64,000 nt of DNA from an uncultured Phycisphaerales bacterium. Its GTDB lineage: Bacteria; Planctomycetota; Phycisphaerae; Phycisphaerales; UBA1924. Position 1 is the stretch's first letter. Each line of letters begins with the position of its first letter. The DNA is taken from positions 22,136-86,135 of the forward strand of contig CBFGUD010000005.1 of NCBI GenBank assembly GCA_965652365.1, given 5' to 3'. Both the position numbers and the translations under genes were made by a program. The notes beneath the pieces were generated by a model. It did not search any database and was not told the origin of the DNA. It was given only the letters and a program-made list of their open reading frames with translations. Shown here one piece after another: positions 34,679 through 44,165 of this stretch.

Positions 34679-35539
34679 TCAGGGCGAGGATTCCGCGTCC
34701 GCGTCCAGATCGAGGACCTCCGACACCCGGTAGGCGCGGGTCAACCGATCGAAGTCGTAGACCACGCCCCGGATCGGCTTTCGGGTCGGCTCGGAGAGCT
34801 CGATCCGCACGTACCCCTCCTCGTCGCCCGGGGTCGTGATCGACACCTGACCCGGGACCTCGACCCCGCTCGGCAGCCGGTTGGTCTCGAGCAGGTCCTT
34901 GTACCGCCCCAGCTCCGTCCGCGCCAGCTCCCGGCCCGTGTCGTCGAAGCTCACGACCCGGCGCAGCTCGACGGGAGCCGTCGAGAACCACCACTCGCTC
35001 GCGCCCCAGCGCGCGGGGGTGGTCAGCACGAGCATCCCCCCCTCGATCCGCGCGTCCGCGATCTCGCCGAGCGCGATCCGGTCCAGACCCACCGCGCCCA
35101 CGAGATCGCTCGGATGCACACTCAGCCCCAGCGCCCGCGCCTTGGTGCGCGTGACCTTTGATAGATCCCCGACGAGCGCGGCGCGTCGATCCGAGTCCGA
35201 CAGGTCGAACATCCAGTACCGATCCGCGCTGGCGCCGTACGCGAAGTACGTCTCCCCCAGCTTCCCCACCGTGAGCGACGCGTTGCTCGGGGGCACGATC
35301 TGCAGGTGCCCCTCCCCCTGCTCCTCGAACCGGTCCCCCTGCGCATCCAGCCCACGGACCCGCACGGACACCCGCGCCCAGAGGGTGTCGATCCGATCGA
35401 TCCGCGCGTTGTGCTCATCGACGACCCGCTCGACGAGATCGGGGTCCGCGGCCTTCACGCGCCCGGACCCCCCGCCCCCCGAGCACGCGCACAGCACCAA
35501 CGGCATCAGCACGATCGGGATGACCGTCCATCGCGCCAT
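34679..35539 (-). CDS. putative lipoprotein, function unknown
   Basis: MARWTVIPIVLMPLVLCACSGG (signal peptide plus lipobox). The start overlaps the stop of the upstream gene. Confidence 0.65.
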   Translation of the reverse strand: MARWTVIPIVLMPLVLCACSGGGGSGRVKAADPDLVERVVDEHNARIDRIDTLWARVSVRVRGLDAQGDRFEEQGEGHLQIVPPSNASLTVGKLGETYFAYGASADRYWMFDLSDSDRRAALVGDLSKVTRTKARALGLSVHPSDLVGAVGLDRIALGEIADARIEGGMLVLTTPARWGASEWWFSTAPVELRRVVSFDDTGRELARTELGRYKDLLETNRLPSGVEVPGQVSITTPGDEEGYVRIELSEPTRKPIRGVVYDFDRLTRAYRVSEVLDLDADAESSP

Positions 35540-36081
35540 CACGGGGCCGCGTCGAGCGCGATCACGCGCCCCAGGTCCTCGATCCCCTGCGCGACCGCGT
35601 CGTCATCCATCGCGGGGTCGATGACCTCGAAGAGGGGGCCCCCGCCGCCCTTCACCTTCTGGCGCATCACCAGCGTGGCCCGCTCCCCCTTCTCCCCCGG
35701 GATCATCCGCTCGAGCTCGAGACGCTTCTTGCGCAGGAGCATGAGCGAGAGGAGGTAGCGGAACACGATCTTCGAGTCCTGGTCGCTCTCCCCGAGCTGC
35801 TCGAACAGGTCCATGATCTCATCGTCGGACACGAGCGCGTGGGTGTCGGGCTCGCCCGGGTCCGGGACGCGCCTTTTCCAGAACCCGAAGATCGACGCGC
35901 CCTCGGGGAGGGTCACCCCGCGCTCCCACGCGTCCATCGAGTACAGCACCCGCTGGAGCGGGGAATCGTCCGGGAGCTCGATGAGCGCGGCGATATGGAG
36001 CTCCCCGATCTCGAGTGGGCGCTCCGTGTCGGCGCAGGTCTCGGGGGTCCGGGTCATCTCGTAGGGCGCGGCGCTGCTCAT
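35539..36081 (-). CDS. hypothetical protein
   Basis: High-GC3 frame. Start chosen at ATG 36081 (MSSAAPYEM..), since the listed ORF extends upstream through Arg/Gly-rich sequence. I recognise no family. Confidence 0.5.
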   Translation of the reverse strand: MSSAAPYEMTRTPETCADTERPLEIGELHIAALIELPDDSPLQRVLYSMDAWERGVTLPEGASIFGFWKRRVPDPGEPDTHALVSDDEIMDLFEQLGESDQDSKIVFRYLLSLMLLRKKRLELERMIPGEKGERATLVMRQKVKGGGGPLFEVIDPAMDDDAVAQGIEDLGRVIALDAAP

Positions 36082-36097
36082 GGAACGGATTGTACGC

Positions 36098-36331
36098 TCA
36101 CGAGCACGAGACGTTGAAGAACCGCTGGTCCGTGCCGCCCTCCCCCACCCGGAACCGGATGCACCGGGCGCACCTCGGGCACCGCGCGAGATACACGGGC
36201 TGGGTCCGATCCCTGTACACACGCACGTACGAGCCCGAGCACGTGAACCGCACGCCCAGCCACGGGCGCTCGTTGGGTTTCGGGTGGACCTCCCCAAGGG
36301 GGGGCGCGCTCGGGGTCGCTCGCAGACTCAT
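36098..36331 (-). CDS. small Cys-containing (zinc-ribbon-like) hypothetical protein
   Basis: 77 aa from ATG 36331, very high GC3. ..RFTCSGS..22 aa..CPRCARC.. Ends 16 nt before the next gene in the same orientation. Confidence 0.45.
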   Translation of the reverse strand: MSLRATPSAPPLGEVHPKPNERPWLGVRFTCSGSYVRVYRDRTQPVYLARCPRCARCIRFRVGEGGTDQRFFNVSCS

Positions 36332-36438
36332 GGTCCGTCTATCGACCACGCGCCCCCTCCGCCTCAAGCGTGCGCCGCCGGGGTTGCGTGTACAATCCCC
36401 CTTGAACCCCCGTCACGGCTCGGAGACGACCAGACCCC

Positions 36439-37389
36439 ATGGCCGGCACGTTGTCCATCCTCCCCGATCCCCCCGCGCCCCCCGCGCCCATCGGGCTCAT
36501 CGCCGGGGGGGGGCGGCTCCCGATCCTCGTCGCCAAGGGGCTCCACGAGATGGGCTACACGGTCCACGCCGTCGGGTTCCGCAACTACTTCGACCCCGAA
36601 CTCCCCGAGCTGTGCGACTCGTTCCGGTCCTGCGCCCTCCTCCGGGTCGCGTCCTGGGGCCGTACACTCAAACGGCGCGGCGCGAGGCACGCGATCATGG
36701 TCGGGAAGGTCGACAAGGCGTCGGTCATGCACTCGCGTCTGCGTCTGGTGCGCAACATGCCCGATCTGACGACGCTCAGGATCTGGTTCAAGCACCTGCG
36801 CCACGACCGGCGATCCCACGCCGTCCTCCGGGTCGTCGCGGAGGAACTCGAGAAGAAAGGTGTCTCGCTCATCGACTCCACGATCCCCATCCAGGACCAG
36901 CTCGCCCAGCCCGGGGTGATGACGATCAAGCAGCCCACCGAGGAGCAACGCGCGGACATCTCCCTCGTCTGGCCGCTGCTCACCGAGCTCCTGCGCCTCG
37001 ACATCGGGCAATCCCTGAGCGTGCGCGATCGGGACGTGATCGCCGTCGAAGCCGTCGAGGGGACGGATCGGATGATCGAGCGGACCGGGGACCTGTGCCG
37101 GCGCGGGGGGTGGACGCTCGCCAAGGGCGCTCGCGCCCAGCACGACCGGCGCTCCGACGTCCCCACCGTGGGGGTCCAGACGCTCGAGCAGCTCGCCAAG
37201 CACGGCGGATCCTGTCTCGCGATCGCCGCGGGCGACGTCATCATGCTCGACCGCATCCAGATGATCGAACGCGCCGACGAGCTGGGGATCTCCATCGTCG
37301 GGGTCCCCGTGACCCACACCCCGATCACGCGCACCGGATCGACCGAGCACCCGGAGATCCCCGAAACCACCACCCCGGCGCGTGACTGA
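36439..37389 (+). CDS. lpxI: UDP-2,3-diacylglucosamine pyrophosphatase LpxI (DUF1009 family)
   Basis: 316 aa. IGLIAGGGRLPILVAKGL N-terminus and GQSLSVRDRDVIAVEAVEGTDRMIER core are typical of LpxI. Confidence 0.75.
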   Translation: MAGTLSILPDPPAPPAPIGLIAGGGRLPILVAKGLHEMGYTVHAVGFRNYFDPELPELCDSFRSCALLRVASWGRTLKRRGARHAIMVGKVDKASVMHSRLRLVRNMPDLTTLRIWFKHLRHDRRSHAVLRVVAEELEKKGVSLIDSTIPIQDQLAQPGVMTIKQPTEEQRADISLVWPLLTELLRLDIGQSLSVRDRDVIAVEAVEGTDRMIERTGDLCRRGGWTLAKGARAQHDRRSDVPTVGVQTLEQLAKHGGSCLAIAAGDVIMLDRIQMIERADELGISIVGVPVTHTPITRTGSTEHPEIPETTTPARD

Positions 37390-38038
37390 CGACCCGACCA
37401 CCAACCCCGACCCCTCCCCCACCACCCCCACCTACGTCTCGCGCGGGGGGCTCAAGCTCGACCACGCGCTGCGCGAGTTCAACCTCGACCCCGCGGGCCA
37501 AGTCTGCGCCGACTTCGGGTGCTCCACCGGGGGCTTCACGGACTGCCTGCTCCAGCACGGCGCGGCCCGCGTCCACGCGATCGACACCGCCTACGGCGAG
37601 CTCGCGTGGAAACTCCGTCAGGACGACAGGGTCACCGTCCACGAACGATCCAACGCGCTCCACCTCGAGCCCCCGCAGAACGTCGTCGACACCCGCGGGG
37701 TCGGCCTGATCGTCGTCGACCTCGGATGGACCAAGCAGGACAAAGCCCTCGAAGCGGCCAAGCGCTGGCTCAAGCCGGACGGGCGCATCATCTCCCTCGT
37801 CAAACCCCACTACGAAGCGACCGAGGACGAACTCCCCAAGGGCGCGATCCTCGACCCTGAACTCGCGCAGCAGATCAGCGAGCGCGTGCGCGACACGCTC
37901 CCCGAGCTCGGATGGCGCGTGCTCGGATGGACGAAAAGCCCCGTGCTGGGCGGGGCCGTCGGCAAGAAACGCAAGAAGAAGGGCAAGGGCAACCCGGAGT
38001 GGCTGGTGCTCGTCGAGCGATCCGACCCCGGGTCGTGA
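37382..38038 (+). CDS. TlyA-like 2'-O-ribose rRNA methyltransferase lacking the S4 domain
   Basis: YVSRGGLKLDHAL and SAM-binding CADFGCSTGGFTDCLL (FtsJ fold). The N-terminus is a 17-aa Pro/Thr-rich stub. Basic tail GKKRKKKGKG. GTG start overlaps lpxI by 8 nt. Confidence 0.8.
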   Translation: MTDDPTTNPDPSPTTPTYVSRGGLKLDHALREFNLDPAGQVCADFGCSTGGFTDCLLQHGAARVHAIDTAYGELAWKLRQDDRVTVHERSNALHLEPPQNVVDTRGVGLIVVDLGWTKQDKALEAAKRWLKPDGRIISLVKPHYEATEDELPKGAILDPELAQQISERVRDTLPELGWRVLGWTKSPVLGGAVGKKRKKKGKGNPEWLVLVERSDPGS

Positions 38039-38053
38039 GTTATGCCGCCTGAG

Positions 38054-39584
<1,531 letters not shown>

Positions 39585-39603
39585 TCCCCTCAAGCTCTTG
39601 CTC

Positions 39604-40041
39604 TCAAAGCAAGTGCTTCGCCTCGACCCCTCCCCACTTGTCGTTGAGATACTCAACCACAAGACGCCGGTGACAATGGTGAGGCTTGTGCTCACTGCAC
39701 AAGAGACACCCTTGATCGATCACATCCATTGCTATAGACTCGTCGATCCTGCGTTTCTCAAGCAGAGCCATGAACTCTTGCTCGTACACAGACCAATCCC
39801 CCTTGTGCTTCTTGAACGCGTCCAAGATGTCCTTTGTCGGGGCCAGCTCTGGGACATGCACGTATTCCATGTCACACAAATTCTTCAGGAAATACACGAG
39901 ATCATCACGCTTCGAGAAACCCGCAAGCTGCCCCGTGTTGTTGAGCCGAACATCAATGACACGTTTCACACCCGACTCTCGGAGGAGCCGAAAGAATCGT
40001 TCAGCAGTCTTTTGCGTGAAACCGATCGTGAAGACGTTCAT
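39604..40041 (-). CDS. DUF488 family protein (short paralog)
   Basis: 145 aa. MNVFTIGFT..VKRVIDVR.. and C-terminal LLCSEHKPHHCHRRLV (C-x-E-x5-CHR) as in DUF488. Confidence 0.85.
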   Translation of the reverse strand: MNVFTIGFTQKTAERFFRLLRESGVKRVIDVRLNNTGQLAGFSKRDDLVYFLKNLCDMEYVHVPELAPTKDILDAFKKHKGDWSVYEQEFMALLEKRRIDESIAMDVIDQGCLLCSEHKPHHCHRRLVVEYLNDKWGGVEAKHLL

Positions 40042-40050
40042 CTGACTGGA

Positions 40051-40671
40051 TCACCCATATCGAACCTGGTTCATCGCATAGCTCTCTTCCGGTTCGACCC
40101 ACGCAATCCGGTCCGCCTGCTTCGCATACGCCTGCTCAACCAACTCATCACGCGATTGAAACAGATCGCCGACCGGGAACCCGAGCAGATCGAGTAGGCG
40201 ATCTTCCGCCTCTTTGTTCGTCTCGACTCTGCCATCACCGAGGACGTGAACAATCTCTCGAGCACGATCGCCAAGCTCACGGCACACAAGAATCATACGG
40301 TGACACGTGATCGGATCCTGCTCGGAACACATCAGCGCCACACGCCGACTTTGCGCCTCACTCAGCACGGCATTGATACCCTCGCGGAAAAGTTGGAGCT
40401 TCGCGATCTGGTCATACCTCGCCACACGATCAACATAACACTCCGGCTCATGTCTTCTCGCCCCGAGTTCACGCCCCAAGAACCGGTACCCACGACCTGA
40501 TCTTCGGAGGGACGTATCCATCGCATCCCGATGAAACTGAGGGCTGAACTTGCTGTACGGACTCGACCGCACATCCAGAACGGCATCGATCGAGTGCCGA
40601 TCCAAGAGCGATTCAAACTCAGCCCAACTGTGATTCGAGTGACCGATTGTCATGATACTAACACGATCCAT
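40051..40671 (-). CDS. DUF488 family protein (long paralog)
   Basis: 206 aa. MTIGHSNHS..AVLDVRSSPYS..RFLGRELG.. and LMCSEQDPITCHRMIL. GAGG SD upstream. Alternative ATG at 40653. Confidence 0.85.
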   Translation of the reverse strand: MDRVSIMTIGHSNHSWAEFESLLDRHSIDAVLDVRSSPYSKFSPQFHRDAMDTSLRRSGRGYRFLGRELGARRHEPECYVDRVARYDQIAKLQLFREGINAVLSEAQSRRVALMCSEQDPITCHRMILVCRELGDRAREIVHVLGDGRVETNKEAEDRLLDLLGFPVGDLFQSRDELVEQAYAKQADRIAWVEPEESYAMNQVRYG

Positions 40672-40678
40672 CGAAACC

Positions 40679-41389
40679 TCATTCCGTCAGCGGGATCACC
40701 GAAGCGATCAGCTTGTAGTGGTATCCATTGAACGGTGCGCCAAGACTCACACACAGCGCACAATTCTCTGCTATATCTGGCACAAAAACGTGCTCGTCGC
40801 CGTCTGGTTTTGGACAGTGCTTGGCTGTAAAGCTGTCATCCGTAATCGAGAGCGAGTATTCAACCCCTGCATACTCAAAGATCCCTCTTGTTTTATGCTG
40901 GTTGTAACCCTTAAACGGATTGTATTCAGCCCACATACGCACACGAAACTGATCAGGACGGATCAAAACCAGAGATGGCGAACCGGCTTCTCCTGCCTGA
41001 GTCTGTTCAGCGATCCGGTCAGCGTGCTCTGGGTCTTCCAGCCAAAGATCGTTCGGATGTTCAACCCACCCCTCAACTTCCGCTGCTGATACCTCACCGA
41101 TCTTGTTCCACTCTGCTCCCGTCTCAACCTGCCAGTTCTCCGGTTGGCAGGGATCATTCTGGTTTTCTAACAGCGGCACTTCAACCAGATCGAGAACCTG
41201 CGGCATGCCGCCTTGACGAAGTGTGCAGTGCTTCCGGACAATCAACTCTCCCTCACCTTCGTCACTCACCGGCCGAAGCCATGATCCGACTTGAAGCTCA
41301 GCATCAGCTTGCTGAATCTCCCGCCCAGCTACGCATCGCTGCTTCTTCTTGATCGAGTTCGCAAGCACGACCATGGTCTTCGTAGCCAC
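40679..41389 (-). CDS. uncharacterised protein, probably dual OB-fold (DuOB-like)
   Basis: 236 aa. GTG start 6 nt after GGAGG. N-terminus VVLANSIKKKQRCVAGRE..WLRPVS and a second module LVLIRPDQFRVRMW..FEYAGVEYSLSITD. The family call is from memory only. Confidence 0.55.
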   Translation of the reverse strand: MATKTMVVLANSIKKKQRCVAGREIQQADAELQVGSWLRPVSDEGEGELIVRKHCTLRQGGMPQVLDLVEVPLLENQNDPCQPENWQVETGAEWNKIGEVSAAEVEGWVEHPNDLWLEDPEHADRIAEQTQAGEAGSPSLVLIRPDQFRVRMWAEYNPFKGYNQHKTRGIFEYAGVEYSLSITDDSFTAKHCPKPDGDEHVFVPDIAENCALCVSLGAPFNGYHYKLIASVIPLTE

Positions 41390-41450
41390 GGGGCACCTCC
41401 TGCCTCAAATCGTACTCCAGCCACACTACGACGGGCATATCGAATCCAAA

Positions 41451-41459
41451 ATTATACCA
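41451..41459 (-). promoter_or_regulatory. extended -10 promoter element for the cassette
   Basis: Minus strand reads TGGTATAAT (TGn + perfect TATAAT), about 60 nt upstream of the GTG at 41389. No convincing -35. Confidence 0.4.
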
Positions 41460-41504
41460 AACAAATCGATTGACGACCCAGATTTGTGCGGTATTTTTTA
41501 GGGC

Positions 41505-42770
41505 ATGGTCCTGTTCCTCGATCTCAATTCCTTCTTCGCCTCCGTCGAGCAGCAGCTCCGCCCCGAGCTGCGCGGGCGCCCCGTCGGGATCATCCCCAAC
41601 GACTGCGACACAACCTGCTGTATCGCCGCCAGTTACGAAGCCAAGCACTTCGGGATCATAACCGGGTGCTCGGTCCGTGACGCGCGCCTCCGCTGCCCCG
41701 GGATCGCGCTCGTCCTGTCCCGTCCGGACGAATACATCTCCATGCACCACAAGGTCTTGGAAGCCGTCGACACCGTGTACCCCGTCCACTCCGTGGACTC
41801 GATCGACGAAATGTCCTTCCGTCTCACGGGTCCCGATCGGGACGTGATGCGCGCCCGCGAACTCGCGATGAAGATGAAATCCGCGATCCGCGCCCACTGC
41901 GGCGAGTTCATGCGCTGCTCCATCGGGATCGCACCCAACCGGATGCTCGCCAAATCCGCCAGCAACATGATGAAGCCCGACGGGCTCGTCGTCATCGAGC
42001 GATCCGAGCTCCCCCAGCGCCTCCACCCCATGGACCTCACGGACTTCCCGGGGATCTCCGACGGGATCCGCAACCGGCTCCACCGGGTCGGGATCCACAC
42101 GACCGAGCAGCTCTGCCGCGCGACGAAAGCGACCATGCGCCGCGCGTGGGGCGGGGTCGTGGGCGAGGTCTGGTACCACTGGCTCCAAGGCGACGAGCCC
42201 CACATCGCCGCGACCAAACGGCGCAACTGCGGGCACCAGCACGTGCTCGCGCCCGAGCTCCGCGGCAACGAGCAGGCGCGGGCCGTCGGGATCCGATTGC
42301 TCCACAAGGCGGCCGCCCGGATGCGCCACGAGGGCTTCTGGTGCACCAAGCTGACCCTCAAGATCAAACCCCCCGACGCGCCGTCCTGGGTCGCGTACGT
42401 CAATCTCGAACCCTGTCAGGACACGATCCGGCTCCTCTGGCACCTCGGGGAGCTCTGGAAGATCCAGCCCCACGCGTTCGTGTTCGCCGTCTCCGTCACG
42501 CTCGGGGGATTGACCAAAAGCGACCAGATCGAGGAGCCCCTCTTCGAGCTCGACCGGAAACGCACGCGCCTCGCGCACACCATGGACCGGATCAACCAGA
42601 AGCACGGGCACGCCTCGATCTACTACGGGTCCATGCACGAGGGACGCGACGCCGCGCCGCGCCGGATCCCGTTCAGCACGGTCCCGGACCTCGATCTCGC
42701 GGACACGGGCGGGATGGGCGCGTTCAAAACCAAGGACGGCACAACCCGCGTCGCGGACAAGCGCGCGTGA
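41505..42770 (+). CDS. Y-family (DinB/UmuC-type) translesion DNA polymerase
   Basis: MVLFLDLNSFFASVEQ (catalytic Asp plus steric gate), SVDSIDEMSF (catalytic D/E), and the little-finger region. 421 aa. Confidence 0.85.
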   Translation: MVLFLDLNSFFASVEQQLRPELRGRPVGIIPNDCDTTCCIAASYEAKHFGIITGCSVRDARLRCPGIALVLSRPDEYISMHHKVLEAVDTVYPVHSVDSIDEMSFRLTGPDRDVMRARELAMKMKSAIRAHCGEFMRCSIGIAPNRMLAKSASNMMKPDGLVVIERSELPQRLHPMDLTDFPGISDGIRNRLHRVGIHTTEQLCRATKATMRRAWGGVVGEVWYHWLQGDEPHIAATKRRNCGHQHVLAPELRGNEQARAVGIRLLHKAAARMRHEGFWCTKLTLKIKPPDAPSWVAYVNLEPCQDTIRLLWHLGELWKIQPHAFVFAVSVTLGGLTKSDQIEEPLFELDRKRTRLAHTMDRINQKHGHASIYYGSMHEGRDAAPRRIPFSTVPDLDLADTGGMGAFKTKDGTTRVADKRA

Positions 42771-42805
42771 TCACAATCCACGCCGATCCTTCACCCCCTC
42801 GGTGG

Positions 42806-42824
42806 GACGGGCTTCCAGCCCGTC
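42806..42824. terminator. short hairpin between convergent genes
   Basis: gacgggc-ttcca-gcccgtc (7-bp stem) between the polymerase stop and the aminopeptidase stop. No clear U-tract. Confidence 0.25.
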
Positions 42825-42869
42825 TCTCCTCCATCTCGCGGTGCCCGAAACCCCATACCCATTCAAAGA

Positions 42870-44009
42870 TCACGCGCCGGGCATCCCGTCCCCGAGGAAC
42901 GCCCCGTCCTTGTGGAACACCTCGCCGTCGGCGCTGATCGAACCGCCCTGACGGAGATCGCACACCATGTCCCAGTGCAGCGCGCTTTCGTTGTGCGACC
43001 CGGACTCCGGGTACCCCATCCCGCACGCCGCGTGGAAGGTCCCCCCGATCTTCTCGTCGAAGAGCGTGTTGCGCGAGAACGCCTTGATCGCGTAGTTCGT
43101 CCCGATCGCGATCTCGCCCATGGTCCGCGCGCCCTCGTCCTGATCGAGCATCGCGAACAGGAACGCCTCGTTCTTCGTCGCGCTCGCGTTGACGACGCGC
43201 CCGTCCTTGAACTCCAGTCGCACCCCCTCGACCTCGCGCCCGTTGTACACGGCCGGGAACGTGTAGTTCACGTGCCCGTCCGCGCTTTGGGGGCCGCAGA
43301 AGACTTCGCCGTCGGGGAAGTTCTCGCCGCCCGAGCAGTTGATCCAGATGGACTTGCTCTTGTCGACATTCACGCGCAGGTCCGTGCCGTCGTGCGTGTC
43401 CGTCGCGGGGGCTTTGTAGTGGATCTCGTCCTTGGTCTGGAGATAGTCGCACACGCGCTGCTGTCGCTCGTGGATCTGCTCCCACGCGCGCACGGGGTCG
43501 GGGAGGTGGAGGAGCCCGGCGCGGAAGACGAAGTCCTCGTACTGCGTCAGCGACATCTCCGCGTCCTGCGCCGAGCCCAGGGTCGGGTACAGGGTCCCGC
43601 ACCAGCGCATCTCCCCAGCCGCGGCCCGGTTGAGGAACCGCGTCTGGCGCGGGCGGTTCGCGACGCGCTGGCGTGCGATCCGCTTCGGGTCCACGCGCGA
43701 CAGCGACTTCGTGTTCACGTCCGCCCAGAACCCGATCTGCACGTCGATCGTCTCGACCGTGTGCATGACGACCGGGTTCAGGTAGTCGAGCTGCTCATCG
43801 CTCGCATGCTCCAGGAACAGGTCGTTGAGCGCGTCGCTCCGCGCCGCCCAGAACGGATGACCCCCGGCCCGAAGCACCGCCTCGAACGTCGCTTCGATCA
43901 GCGGCATCGCGACCGGGTCCGACGCGATCGCGACCAGGTCCCCCCTCTTCACGCGCGTCGAATAACGGACAATGACGTCGGCGAGCTTGTCGAGTCGGGG
44001 ATCACGCAT
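42870..44009 (-). CDS. aminopeptidase, M29 (AmpS/PepS) family
   Basis: MRDPRLDKLADVIVRYSTRVKRGDLV.. N-terminus and ..IAIGTNYAI..EKIGGTFHAACGMGYPESG.. are typical of thermophilic metalloprotease M29. ATG at 44009. Confidence 0.8.
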   Translation of the reverse strand: MRDPRLDKLADVIVRYSTRVKRGDLVAIASDPVAMPLIEATFEAVLRAGGHPFWAARSDALNDLFLEHASDEQLDYLNPVVMHTVETIDVQIGFWADVNTKSLSRVDPKRIARQRVANRPRQTRFLNRAAAGEMRWCGTLYPTLGSAQDAEMSLTQYEDFVFRAGLLHLPDPVRAWEQIHERQQRVCDYLQTKDEIHYKAPATDTHDGTDLRVNVDKSKSIWINCSGGENFPDGEVFCGPQSADGHVNYTFPAVYNGREVEGVRLEFKDGRVVNASATKNEAFLFAMLDQDEGARTMGEIAIGTNYAIKAFSRNTLFDEKIGGTFHAACGMGYPESGSHNESALHWDMVCDLRQGGSISADGEVFHKDGAFLGDGMPGA

Positions 44010-44165
44010 GGTTCGGGCACTCTCTGTCCGGGTCGTGTGTGGGATCGGAACGCCCGGGGGGCGAAATCGGGGGGATTCGATGGATCGACGCGAGATCACG
44101 CGGATCGAGCCGTACAGTAGTCACCCGGAACGTACCAACTCTCGAAACCACACGGAGCCATCCAT

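Larger units (their letters stand above)
39585..41504. other. low-GC islet (three-gene cassette plus its AT-rich control region)
   Basis: Hand counts of 60-nt samples give ~43-55% G+C inside versus ~72% at 39481-39540. The composition changes abruptly at the obg stop and at the polymerase start. Confidence 0.7.

Noticed and set aside
39593-39617. Hairpin agctcttgct-ctcaa-agcaagtgct between obg and the cassette, considered as a terminator or att site
   Set aside because: The stem has a mismatch, there is no U-tract on either strand, and it overlaps the last codons of the DUF488 gene. No matching direct repeat was found at the other end of the islet.
41304-42638. 444-aa minus-strand ORF antisense to the Y-family polymerase. 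Similar long antisense or out-of-frame ORFs occur at 8591-10159, 12242-14326, 32524-34839 and 50911-52749.
   Set aside because: Each lies opposite or out of frame to a gene with strong family motifs and has low-complexity, Arg/Asp/Gly-rich translations.
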